Assembly: GCA_046484665.1 (NCBI GenBank)
Contig: JAWOIN010000160.1
Span: forward strand, 3,497 to 67,496
Length of the DNA stretch: 64,000 nt
DNA from: Gemmatimonadota bacterium
GTDB taxonomy: Bacteria; Gemmatimonadota; Gemmatimonadetes; Palauibacterales; Palauibacteraceae
Direction: 5' to 3'
Each line of letters opens with the position of its first letter. The stretch's first letter is position 1. Below, piece by piece: positions 18,663 through 27,100 of the stretch. The notes beneath the pieces are model-generated. The model did no database searches and was not told the origin of the DNA. It saw only the letters and a program-made list of their open reading frames with translations. The position numbers and the translations under genes were made by a program.

Positions 18663-19259
18663 TCAGCTCCCGGCCGGCGGAGCGGGCCGGAAGGAGTCGT
18701 CCGGCGGCAGGTCCAGCCAGTCCTCGAAGCGACCGCGTTCGCGCTGCTCCTCCAGCCACGCCTCGAAGCCCGACGGAACGAGTCCGTCCTTAGCGGCGCC
18801 GGTGCGGGCCGTCCGCACGGCGAGGTCGTTCGCGTATTCGTTCTTCGGGTCGTCCGCGTGCCCGCGCGTCCACCGCCACTCGACCCGGTGGCGACGGCTC
18901 TCGTCGACGAGCCGGCGCCAGAGAGCGAGGTTCTCGATCGGGCCGCCCTTTCGCTTCCATCCGCGGCGCGCCCAGCCGTGGACCCACTCGTTCATTCCCG
19001 TCACCAGGTACCGGCTGTCCGACGTGAACACCACCTCGCAGGGACGCCTGAGGGACGAGAGGCCCAGGATTCCGGAGACGAGCGCCATGCGGTTGTTCGT
19101 GGTGTCCGGCTCGAATGCCGCGAAGTCGCGCCGGTGCCAGCCGCGCCGCTCGTCGAACCGCTCGATCAGACCCGCGGCCGCCCCGGGGCGGGAGCGGTCG
19201 CGGAACTGGTTGCCCAGACAGGACTCGTCCGCGTAGATATAGACCACCGTATCGTCCAA
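18663..19259 (-). CDS. rnhA: Ribonuclease HI with a C-terminal extension
   Basis: It carries VVYIYADESCLGN and TSDSRYLVTGMNEWVHGWARRGWKRKGGPIENLALW. About 45 extra C-terminal residues follow. Confidence 0.85.
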   Translation of the reverse strand: MDDTVVYIYADESCLGNQFRDRSRPGAAAGLIERFDERRGWHRRDFAAFEPDTTNNRMALVSGILGLSSLRRPCEVVFTSDSRYLVTGMNEWVHGWARRGWKRKGGPIENLALWRRLVDESRRHRVEWRWTRGHADDPKNEYANDLAVRTARTGAAKDGLVPSGFEAWLEEQRERGRFEDWLDLPPDDSFRPAPPAGS

Positions 19260-19321
19260 GCGATGCCTCGTCGGATCGTTCGTCGCCGCCTCCGCCCCAG
19301 GTGCAGGAAGGAACCGGGCCC

Positions 19322-20452
19322 GTGTCCCTGACGCAAGACTTCGACGGAGCCCTCGTGCTCGAGGACGGCCGGCGCTTTCCCGGCCGGCTCGCCGGATCGG
19401 GCGGGGAGGGGGTGGGCGAGATCGTGTTCACGACCAACCTGACCGGGTACCAGGAGGTGCTCACGGACCCCTCCTACGCCGCGCAGATCGTCGTGATGAC
19501 CGCCCCGATGATCGGCAACTACGGGGTGCGGGACTCCGACGCGCAGTCGCGCCGGTCCTGGGTGGCGGGCTTCGTCGTCCGCGAGCTGTCGGACGCGGGA
19601 CACGGCTGGCGGGCCGAGGGCACCCTTCCGGCCTGGCTTCGCGAGGGCGGGATCCCGGCACTCGCGGGGGTCGACACGCGCGCCGTGACCCGTCACATCC
19701 GGTCGCTCGGCGCGATGCGGGCCGCCATCGTCCCGGCCTCCTGGTCCGACGAGAGGGCGCTCGGCCGCCTGCGCGCGGAGCCCCCGATGGAAGGGCGCAA
19801 CCTGGCGACGGGCGTCAGCGCGCCCGAGCCGTACGACGTCGCCCCCGAGGGGGAGGAGAAGGGCCTCGTCGCGTGCCTGGACTACGGCGTGAAGCAGGAG
19901 AGCCTCGACCTCGTGGCGGCGGCGGGATTCAGGGTCCGCGTGCTTCCCGCCTCGACCGGCGCCGCCGAGGTGCTCGAGCTGCGGCCGGCGGGCGTGTTCG
20001 TGTCGAACGGGCCGGGCGACCCGGGGGCGATCCCGGAGGCGCCGGAGAAGATCCGGGCGATCGCCGAGGCCGGCATCCCGGTGTTCGGGATCTGCCTCGG
20101 TTGCCAGCTCGTGGCGCGGGCGTTCGGCGGCGACACCTGGAAGCTCCCGTACGGCCACCGCGGGGGCAACCACCCGGTCCGGAATCTCGACACGGGCGCG
20201 GTCGAGATCACCTCGCAGAACCACGGGTTCGCGGTCCGCGAGAAGGAGGGCGCGGTGGCCGGGGCCTCCGCTCTACGGGTCACGCACCGGAACCTCAACG
20301 ACGGCACGATCGAGGGCCTCGCGCACCGGGAGCTGCCGGTGTTCGCGGTCCAGTACCACCCCGAGTCCGCTCCCGGGCCGCACGACAGCAGGTACCTGTT
20401 CGAGCGGTTCGTGGAGTCGATTTCCGCAAGTCGCACTCCTTCAACCGGTTGA
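19322..20452 (+). CDS. carA: Carbamoyl-phosphate synthase small (glutaminase) subunit
   Basis: It carries LVLEDGRRFPG, FTTNLTGYQEVLTDPSY and GICLGCQL (the catalytic Cys). The start is GTG at 19322 or 19301. Confidence 0.9.
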   Translation: MSLTQDFDGALVLEDGRRFPGRLAGSGGEGVGEIVFTTNLTGYQEVLTDPSYAAQIVVMTAPMIGNYGVRDSDAQSRRSWVAGFVVRELSDAGHGWRAEGTLPAWLREGGIPALAGVDTRAVTRHIRSLGAMRAAIVPASWSDERALGRLRAEPPMEGRNLATGVSAPEPYDVAPEGEEKGLVACLDYGVKQESLDLVAAAGFRVRVLPASTGAAEVLELRPAGVFVSNGPGDPGAIPEAPEKIRAIAEAGIPVFGICLGCQLVARAFGGDTWKLPYGHRGGNHPVRNLDTGAVEITSQNHGFAVREKEGAVAGASALRVTHRNLNDGTIEGLAHRELPVFAVQYHPESAPGPHDSRYLFERFVESISASRTPSTG

Positions 20453-20535
20453 CAGTGCCGATCGCCGGGCGCTAGGTTTCTGGCGGAGTCCCCGGCGGAG
20501 CGGACGCGCCGCTGGGCCTCACCCTTCCTCGATCC

Positions 20536-21447
20536 ATGGGGACCCGGGTTTTGCAGCGACGCTCCACCGTGCTCGGAATCGTGCTGCTGCTCGTGCTCTT
20601 CGCTTCGGGCGCCGTCCTCACGCTCCGCCTCCTGCTCGGCGGCCGCGTTCCCGGCCTCACGCCCCGACGCGTCGCCGTGCTTCCCATCGTGGGGATCATC
20701 GACTCGGAGACGAAGTTCGTCCGGGACCTCGAGGCCTTCCGCGGGGACCCGACGGTGCGGGCCTTCGTGCTGGAGATCCAGTCGCCCGGGGGCGCCGTGG
20801 GCGCCTCGCAGGCGATCCACGCCACGCTTCGGCGGCTCCGGGAGGAGGACGATCGGCCGCTGGTCGCGTGGATCGGCGACATCGGCGCGTCGGGCGGCTA
20901 CTACGTGGCGCTTCCGGCGGACTCGATCTTCGTCCTTCCCGGCTCGATCACGGGATCGATCGGCGTGATCATGCAGTTCCCGAATGCGGAGGAGCTGCTC
21001 CGGAAGGTCGGACTCGAGTTCGAGGTCGTGAAGAGCGGCGCCCTCAAGGACATCGGATCCCCGACCCGCGAGCTGACGGACGAGGAGAGGCGCGTGCTCC
21101 AGCGGCTCGTCGACGACGTGTGGGAGCAGTTCGTGCAGGCGGTGGCGGAGGGCCGCGACCTGGACCGCGAGACGGTGGTGTCGATCGCCGACGGGCGCGT
21201 GTTCTCGGGCGAGGCGGCCGTGGGCCTCGGGCTTGCGGACGGGATCGGCACCCTGCAGGACGCGGTGGATGCGGCGGGCCGGATGTCGGGCCTCGGCGAG
21301 CGGCCGCGCGTGGTCAGGCCGGTGGAGCGTCGCGTCGGGCTCCGCGACCTGATCGGAGGCGTCGAGGAGTCCCGGCTCGCGACGTGGATCCGATCCGTGC
21401 TTCCCGGGGCGGGCGCGACGCCCCGTTTGCGATACGAGTGGCAGTGA
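20536..21447 (+). CDS. sppA: Signal peptide peptidase SppA (36K type, S49 family)
   Basis: An N-terminal TM helix is followed by GASGGYYVA and the SITGSIGV region. Confidence 0.85.
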   Translation: MGTRVLQRRSTVLGIVLLLVLFASGAVLTLRLLLGGRVPGLTPRRVAVLPIVGIIDSETKFVRDLEAFRGDPTVRAFVLEIQSPGGAVGASQAIHATLRRLREEDDRPLVAWIGDIGASGGYYVALPADSIFVLPGSITGSIGVIMQFPNAEELLRKVGLEFEVVKSGALKDIGSPTRELTDEERRVLQRLVDDVWEQFVQAVAEGRDLDRETVVSIADGRVFSGEAAVGLGLADGIGTLQDAVDAAGRMSGLGERPRVVRPVERRVGLRDLIGGVEESRLATWIRSVLPGAGATPRLRYEWQ

Positions 21448-21499
21448 CGCACCGGCGTTCCGAGCGGACGTCGGAAGAACCGGCGGGAGGGAGTGAGCC

Positions 21500-21793
21500 A
21501 TGACGAAGGCCGACCTGGTGGAACAGGTGTACGAGGCGATCGGGCCCGGCGTGACGAAGAAGGACTGCGCGGCGGTGGTCGACGCGTTCCTGAACGCCGT
21601 GAAGCTCGCGCTCGCGAAGGGCGAGCACATAGAGATCCGGGGCTTCGGGACGTTCAAGGTCCGCCAGCGGAAGCCCCGCATCGCCCGGAACCCCCGGACC
21701 GGCGAGACCGTCGAGGTCCCGACCCGGGCGGTGCCGGTGTTCAAGCCCTCCCGGCTGTTCAAGGCCGAGGTCGACGAGGACCGCCAGGGCTAG
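21500..21793 (+). CDS. HU/IHF family DNA-binding protein
   Basis: 97 aa. It carries GFGTFKVRQRKPRIARNPRTGETVEVPTRAVPVFKPS, typical of the family. Confidence 0.88.
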   Translation: MTKADLVEQVYEAIGPGVTKKDCAAVVDAFLNAVKLALAKGEHIEIRGFGTFKVRQRKPRIARNPRTGETVEVPTRAVPVFKPSRLFKAEVDEDRQG

Positions 21794-21874
21794 CGACCGC
21801 GCACGCCGCCTTCCCGGGGACCGGGCCGGCGCGCCGGCCCCGCGGAAGGGCGGCGCGCCGGGACCGTCGGGGGA

Positions 21875-23059
21875 TCAGGACCGGGAGCCGAAGAAGGCGC
21901 GGATTCGGTCCGCGCCGTCGGCGAAGGTCTCGTCCCCCACCGAGAAGTTCAACCGCAGGAAGCCCGGAGTCCCGAACGCCTCGCCCGGCACGCTGGCGAC
22001 GCCCGACTCCGCGAGCAGCGCCTCGGCCGTCGCGGCCGAGTCGAGTCCCTTCGGCGCGTCGGGTCTGAGGCGCGCGAAGAGGTAGATCGCGCCCCGCGGC
22101 TCGGGGACTTCGAGGCCCGGCACGTCCTGAAGCGCGGCGTGCGCGGCCCGCCTCCGCCGGTCGAGGATCTCCCGGAACCCGGACACGATGGCCTCGCGCC
22201 GCTCCGAAGCGAGCACGGCCGCGGCCGCGTACTGAGAAGGGGCCGCGGCCCCCGACGTGGTCTGGCTCTGGAGAGCCGCTGCTTTCCGGATGAGCTCGGG
22301 TGGTCCCGCCGCCCAGCCGATGCGCCACCCCGGCATCGAGAAGGCCTTCGAGAGGCCGTCCATCGCGATCACGGTCTCCGGCCGGGTCTCGACGTCGAGC
22401 ACGGAAGGCGCCGCCGCCGGGCCATCGTAGTAGAGCCGTCGGTAGATCTCGTCGGACAGCACCCAGATCCCGTGCTCGCCCGCCCAGGCGCAGATTTCCG
22501 CGAGCGTCCGCAGGTCGTAGACGGCGCCCGAGGGGTTGGAGGGACTGTTGAGGAACAGTCCCCTCGTGCGGGGCGTCCGCCGGGCCTCGATGGCGGAGAC
22601 GTCGAGCGCGAACCCCCGCTCGAACTCGGTCGGAATCGTCACCGGCCGCGCGCGGGCGAGTTCGACGATCGCGGTGTAGGAAGTCCAGTACGGCTCCGGG
22701 ATCAGGACTTCGTCGCCGTCCCCGAACAGGCAGTAGCAGAGGTTGAACAGCGCCTGCTTCACCCCCGCGCTGACCAGCACCCCCTCGGGGTCGTCGGGCG
22801 CGTGGACGGACGTGTCCGACAGGTAACGGATCACTCCCTGGCGCAGCTCGGGGATGCCCGGAACCGGCGGGTAGCCGGTCCACCCGGCCCGCACCGAGGC
22901 GGCGGCGCCTTCGGCGGCCACCTCGGGCGTCGGGAAGGACGGCTCGCCGGCGGACAGGTCCACGATCGATCGTCCCTCCGCCCGCAGCGTCTTCGCCCGC
23001 GCGGTGATCGCGAGCGTGGCCGAAGGCGTGAGGGCGGCAACGTTGGTCGAGAAACGCAC
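21875..23059 (-). CDS. Pyridoxal-phosphate-dependent aminotransferase, class I (aspartate aminotransferase-like)
   Basis: It carries LSAGEPSFPTP, NSPSNPSGAVY and the Lys-containing motif SKAFSMPGWRIGW. The probable GTG start at 23059 gives the N-terminus VRFSTNV. The ATG at 23200 would add a junk-like N-terminus. Confidence 0.85.
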   Translation of the reverse strand: MRFSTNVAALTPSATLAITARAKTLRAEGRSIVDLSAGEPSFPTPEVAAEGAAASVRAGWTGYPPVPGIPELRQGVIRYLSDTSVHAPDDPEGVLVSAGVKQALFNLCYCLFGDGDEVLIPEPYWTSYTAIVELARARPVTIPTEFERGFALDVSAIEARRTPRTRGLFLNSPSNPSGAVYDLRTLAEICAWAGEHGIWVLSDEIYRRLYYDGPAAAPSVLDVETRPETVIAMDGLSKAFSMPGWRIGWAAGPPELIRKAAALQSQTTSGAAAPSQYAAAAVLASERREAIVSGFREILDRRRRAAHAALQDVPGLEVPEPRGAIYLFARLRPDAPKGLDSAATAEALLAESGVASVPGEAFGTPGFLRLNFSVGDETFADGADRIRAFFGSRS

Positions 23060-23223
23060 GTCAGCTCCCGCGTGGGGTGATTGAAGGAGGAGGGAGGGAA
23101 CGATACCTTGCCCCGCGTCTCTCCCCGGTGCGGAGCCGCCGGGACGGATGGGGCCCCGACCCGCGGGGAAAACGTATCCAGGGCGCCGCGAAGGCGTCAA
23201 GCTGGCCGGGAGAACCGAGATCC

Positions 23224-23514
23224 ATGATTACCGAGACCGTCAGCGCGCTCAGCCCGGAACGGGTGATCGAGGAGGCGAAGCGCTTCTTCACCGGGGGACA
23301 GGCCGTCCTCCCGGCGCAGATCGTGGACGAGAGCGACCGGCACCTGACGGTGAGCACCTTCCGGAGCCGCGTCGCGGTCTCGGCATTCCCGGACCCGGAG
23401 GGCGCGGGCACCCGCGTGCGGGTCAGCACGCTCCGCCGCAACGACGCCGTCGGCAAGCTCGTCGCCTTGCTCGCGACGGCGAGCGACGCCGCGCCGGCCG
23501 CCGGGGAAGGATGA
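23224..23514 (+). CDS. Hypothetical small protein (96 aa) translationally coupled to moaD
   Basis: The ATG at 23224 is preceded by GGGAG. The product MITETVSALSPERVIEEAKRFFTGGQ... has balanced composition. Its stop overlaps the moaD ATG (ATGA). No family was recognised. Confidence 0.5.
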   Translation: MITETVSALSPERVIEEAKRFFTGGQAVLPAQIVDESDRHLTVSTFRSRVAVSAFPDPEGAGTRVRVSTLRRNDAVGKLVALLATASDAAPAAGEG

Positions 23515-23768
23515 CGGCGCCCGCGATTCCCGTCCGGATCCTGCTGTTCGGCCGCTACCGCGAGCTGGCCGGGACGGGCGAGCTCCGGATCGACCTGCCG
23601 CCGGGGAGCCGCGTCCGGGACCTCGTGGCTGCCCTCCGCGAGCGCCCGGCGCTCGCCGCGCTTCCCCCCGATCCCGCCGTCGCCGTGAACCGGAGGTACG
23701 GGGGCCCCGATCGCGATCTCGCCCCCGGAGACGAGGTGGCGCTCATCCCACCGGTCGCGGGAGGCTGA
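23511..23768 (+). CDS. moaD: Molybdopterin synthase sulfur-carrier subunit
   Basis: 85 aa ending in GG (...LIPPVAGG). Ubiquitin-like pattern. Confidence 0.8.
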   Translation: MTAPAIPVRILLFGRYRELAGTGELRIDLPPGSRVRDLVAALRERPALAALPPDPAVAVNRRYGGPDRDLAPGDEVALIPPVAGG

Positions 23769-23769
23769 C

Positions 23770-24234
23770 GTGACGGACGCGACGCCGGTCCGGGCCGCGA
23801 CGGTGACTCCGGAGTCCATCTCCGCGGCCGGCCTCGCCGAATCCCTGGCAGACACGGGGCAGGGGGCCGTCGTGTGCTTCGAGGGCCGGGTCAGGGATCG
23901 GAACGGGGACAGGCGCGTACGAGCCCTCCGGTACGAGGCCTACGAGGAGATGGCCCGCGACGTGCTGCGGGAGATCGCCGCCGAGGCCGCCGGCCGGCAC
24001 GGGGCGGAGGCGATCGCCGTCGCGCACCGCACCGGCGTGCTGGTGCCCGGGGATGTGAGCGTGGCCATTGCTGCGGCCGCCCCGCACCGGGACCAGGCGT
24101 TCGCGGCGGCGCGGCACGCGATCGAAGAGATCAAGCGTCGCCTGCCGATCTGGAAGCTCGAGGCGTACGAGGACGGGTCGGAGCGCTGGCTCGATGGCAC
24201 GCCACCGGCGCCCGGCGGCGAGGAGGGCGGATGA
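23770..24234 (+). CDS. moaE: Molybdopterin synthase catalytic subunit
   Basis: It carries VVCFEGRVRD, HRTGVLVPGDVSVAIAAAAPHR and PIWKLE. Confidence 0.85.
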   Translation: MTDATPVRAATVTPESISAAGLAESLADTGQGAVVCFEGRVRDRNGDRRVRALRYEAYEEMARDVLREIAAEAAGRHGAEAIAVAHRTGVLVPGDVSVAIAAAAPHRDQAFAAARHAIEEIKRRLPIWKLEAYEDGSERWLDGTPPAPGGEEGG

Positions 24235-25211
24235 AGGACCAGTTCGGCCGCCGGATCGACTACCTCCGGGTCTCGGTTACGGACAAGTGCAACCTGCGCT
24301 GCACGTACTGCATGCCCGTCGAGGGCCTGGACTGGATCCCTCGCCCCGAGCTTCTCACGTACGAGGAGATCGTCTCCGTCGTGCGGCAGATGGCGGAGCT
24401 CGGCCTCCGCCGCGTCCGCCTCACGGGCGGTGAGCCGCTCGTCCGCCGGGACCTGCCCGACCTCGTGCGCATGCTGCGGGCGATCCCGGAGATCGAGGAC
24501 ATCGCCCTCTCGACGAACGCGGTGCTCCTGCCGCAGTTCGCCACGGAGCTGCGGGACGCCGGGCTCGGCCGCGTGAACATCAGCGTCGACACGCTGCGCC
24601 GCGAGCGGTTCGAGGCGATCGCCCGGCGGCCCGTCCGCTTCTTCGACGCGATGCTCGAGGGGGTCGAGGCCGCCGAGCGGGCCGGGTTCGCGCCGCTCAA
24701 GGTCAACACCGTGATGCTGCGGGGCCTCAACGATGACGAGCTGCCCGAGCTGGCCGCTATCACGCGGGAGCGCCCGTGGCACGTTCGCTTCATCGAGCTG
24801 ATGCCGGTGGGCGAGAATCTCCACCTCACGGACCGGTTCGTGAGCGCCGACGAGATCCTGGGACGCGTCGCAGCCCTGGACGAGCTCGTTCCGGACGACG
24901 GGCCGCCGGGGAACGGTCCGGCGCGCTACTTCCGGTTCCCCGGCGCTCCCGGCTCGGTGGGGGTGATCACGCCCATGTCGCACAATTATTGCGACAGGTG
25001 CAACCGGATGCGGCTCACGGCGGACGGACAGCTCCGGACCTGCCTGTTCGGCATGCACCAGGTGGACCTCCGGGCGCCCCTGCGGGCGGGGACCCCGATC
25101 CGGGGCGCGGTGCTGCGGGCGCTCGAGGGAAAGCCGGAGCGGCACCTGCTGCAGCTCGGGACGTCGAAGGGCAGCGGCGGACTCGCGGCGCTGAGCCAGG
25201 TCGGCGGATGA
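24231..25211 (+). CDS. moaA: GTP 3',8-cyclase
   Basis: It carries the radical SAM motif CNLRCTYCMP, the GGEPLVR motif and a C-terminal Cys cluster (NYCDRCNRMRLTADGQLRTCLF). The ATG overlaps the moaE stop. Confidence 0.93.
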   Translation: MKDQFGRRIDYLRVSVTDKCNLRCTYCMPVEGLDWIPRPELLTYEEIVSVVRQMAELGLRRVRLTGGEPLVRRDLPDLVRMLRAIPEIEDIALSTNAVLLPQFATELRDAGLGRVNISVDTLRRERFEAIARRPVRFFDAMLEGVEAAERAGFAPLKVNTVMLRGLNDDELPELAAITRERPWHVRFIELMPVGENLHLTDRFVSADEILGRVAALDELVPDDGPPGNGPARYFRFPGAPGSVGVITPMSHNYCDRCNRMRLTADGQLRTCLFGMHQVDLRAPLRAGTPIRGAVLRALEGKPERHLLQLGTSKGSGGLAALSQVGG

Positions 25212-25230
25212 CGGCGGGAAGGAGACGACG

Positions 25231-25470
25231 ATGACGTGGGAGGACCGGCATCGCTACCAGGAGGAGCGGGAGGGCCTCGACGCCTTCCGGGCGCGGCTGC
25301 ACGAGGGCGATCCCGACGCGCCGCTCACCCGGGCGGACGCCCTCGAGCTGCTCGAGCTGCTGGAGCGCTTCGTCGACCGCATGAGCCCGGAGCGCTGGGA
25401 CCGGGCGCTCGAGGCGATCGCCGAGGAGGCGGCGCGTCGGGCGGACCACCTCGCGGCACGGAGAAACTGA
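25231..25470 (+). CDS. Hypothetical small acidic, helical protein (79 aa)
   Basis: It starts 20 nt after moaA. The product MTWEDRHRYQEEREGLDAFRARLHEGDPDAPLTRADALELLELLERFVDRMSPERWDRALEAIAEEAARRADHLAARRN has protein-like composition. A strong hairpin follows. No family was recognised. Confidence 0.45.
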   Translation: MTWEDRHRYQEEREGLDAFRARLHEGDPDAPLTRADALELLELLERFVDRMSPERWDRALEAIAEEAARRADHLAARRN

Positions 25471-25524
25471 GGCGCCCAGTCCCGTCGGGCGGCCCGGGTC
25501 GACCCGGTCCCCGACCCTGAGCGA

Positions 25525-25548
25525 AGCGCCCGGCCCGAGCCGGGCGCT
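25525..25548. terminator. Bidirectional hairpin: AGCGCCCGGC-ccga-GCCGGGCGCT
   Basis: Perfect 10-bp GC stem with a 4-nt loop. It lies between the plus-strand small ORF end (25470) and the minus-strand ORF-remnant stop (25557-25559). There is no U-run. Confidence 0.4.
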
Positions 25549-25556
25549 CGTCGTGT

Positions 25557-25767
25557 TCAGACGGCTCGGGCGTCGCCTCGCGTTCGCTGCCAGTCCCATT
25601 CCACCCGTGCGATCTTCAATTTCCGATCCTCGTCGTCGAGGAAGTGGAGCTTGAGGTGGATCTTCAGCTCGTTGCCGGCCTCGTCCGCATACTACTCGTT
25701 GCATAGTCCGTGCTGCGAGCCCTTTCTCGTCGATGACCGGCGCGACCGGCTGCTGGCTGCAGCTCAC
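25557..25767 (-). pseudogene. Frameshifted small ORF remnant in an AT-rich island
   Basis: The minus strand reads VSCSQQPVAPVIDEKGLAART..(frame B), then switches to frame +1 and reads YADEAGNELKIHLKLHFLDDEDRKLKIARVEWDWQRTRGDARAV to a stop (frame A). Both halves are protein-like and use AT-rich codons (aaa, att, ttg) in a 70%-GC genome. A TAG interrupts frame A at 25692-25694. No single intact frame spans the two halves. Confidence 0.35.
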
Positions 25768-26090
25768 GGCGGGGAGGCCGAAGAAGGGGAGCAGGAGTCG
25801 GATTCGCCATCGCAGGGGACATCTCCTGTGCGTGAGTGCGGCCAGGGGGCCACGGGTCGCACATGGGTGTCGCGTCGGAGAGAGTCTGACGCGGCAGGCC
25901 CGGAACCTGACTGCAAGTCAGGTCGCGGGGGGCGCAAGGTCCGGGCGACCGCGACGGCCTGGCGATCGGGAGCAGGTCCCGCCGCCGACTCCGCTCGCGT
26001 GAGTGCGAGGCGACGGCGGCGGTTCTCCCGCGGTGGACGCGGACCGTCGCCGTGCGTAGTTTGAGCCGCACGAACGGGCCTTCTCGCACA

Positions 26091-26111
26091 GAGGGATGTT
26101 CGGCATCCCTC
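26091..26111 (+). promoter_or_regulatory. 5'-UTR hairpin sequestering an SD-like GAGGG upstream of mdh
   Basis: GAGGGATG-ttcgg-CATCCCTC, a perfect 8-bp stem, lies 27 nt upstream of the probable mdh GTG start. Confidence 0.35.
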
Positions 26112-26137
26112 CCCACCATGAGCACGGACGGGTCATC

Positions 26138-27064
26138 GTGGACAGGATCACCGTAGTCGGAGCGGGTCACGTCGGGGCGACGACGGCCCAGCGGATCGCC
26201 GAGCGCGAGCTGGCGCGCGAGGTCGTGGTCGTCGACATCCTCGATGGTGTGCCGCAGGGCAAGGCGCTCGACCAGTGGGAGTCGGCGCCCGTCGAGGGTT
26301 TCGACACTCGCGTCGTCGGAGCGCAGGAGTACGGGCCCAGCGAGGGCTCGGGCGTTTACGTCGTGACGGCGGGGCTCGCCCGCAAGCCGGGGATGAGCCG
26401 GGACGACCTCCTCAAGATGAACGCGGACATCGTCAAGGGGATCGCGGAGGAGATCGCGAGGCGGAGCCCGGATGCGATCATCGTCATGGTCACGAACCCG
26501 CTCGACGTGATGTCCTACGTGGCGATGAAGGTGACGGGGTTCCCGCGCGAGCGGGTCGTCGGGATGGCCGGAATCCTAGACACCGCGCGCTTCCGGAGCT
26601 TCATCGCGCTCGAGCTCGACGTGAGCGTCGAGGACATCCAGGCGCTCGTGCTCGGCGGGCACGGCGACAGCATGGTACCGATCGTGAGCACCGTGACGGT
26701 GGGCGGGATCCCGCTCACTGAGCTGCTGCCGGCGGACCGGATCGAGGCCCTCGTCCAGAGGACGCGGCAGGGCGGCGGCGAGATCGTCAAGCTGCTCGGC
26801 ACGGGAAGCGCTTACTACGCGCCCTCGTCGGCCGCGGTCCAGATGGTCGAGTCGATCGTCCGCGACAAGAAGCGCATCCTCCCCTGCGCGGCCTGGCTCG
26901 AGGGCGAGTTCGGGCTCGAGGGCCTGTTCCTCGGCGTGCCGTGCAAGCTCGGGCGCGAGGGGCTGGCGGGCCTGCTCGAGCTGCCGCTGACCGACGCGGA
27001 GACGAAGGCGCTCCACGCCTCGGCGGACGCGGTACGGAGCACGATGTCGCTGCTCGACATCTGA
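26138..27064 (+). CDS. mdh: Malate dehydrogenase (LDH-like family)
   Basis: It carries ITVVGAGHVGAT, the catalytic His in LGGHGDSMVP, and the MVTNPLD motif. The GTG at 26138 gives an N-terminus of canonical length. The alternative ATG at 26096 lies inside the hairpin. Confidence 0.9.
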   Translation: MDRITVVGAGHVGATTAQRIAERELAREVVVVDILDGVPQGKALDQWESAPVEGFDTRVVGAQEYGPSEGSGVYVVTAGLARKPGMSRDDLLKMNADIVKGIAEEIARRSPDAIIVMVTNPLDVMSYVAMKVTGFPRERVVGMAGILDTARFRSFIALELDVSVEDIQALVLGGHGDSMVPIVSTVTVGGIPLTELLPADRIEALVQRTRQGGGEIVKLLGTGSAYYAPSSAAVQMVESIVRDKKRILPCAAWLEGEFGLEGLFLGVPCKLGREGLAGLLELPLTDAETKALHASADAVRSTMSLLDI

Positions 27065-27100
27065 GTCCGCCGCACGGGGAACCGCGGGCCGGGAGCGCGC

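Noticed and set aside
25884-25960. SRP (4.5S) RNA-like motif GGCAGGCCCGGAACCUGAC resembling CAGGUCCGGAAGGAAGC of SRP domain IV
   Set aside because: The similarity is only a short string. The flanking sequence does not form the symmetric-loop helix or the rest of the SRP fold. I could not confirm it without a covariance search. It is kept only as part of the island finding.
25651-26064. Plus-strand ORF of 137 aa (MRWIFSSLPASSAYYSLHSPCCEPF...) in the island
   Set aside because: Its composition becomes an Arg/Gly-rich junk pattern after 30 residues and it has no RBS. The minus-strand frameshifted remnant explains the AT-rich segment better.
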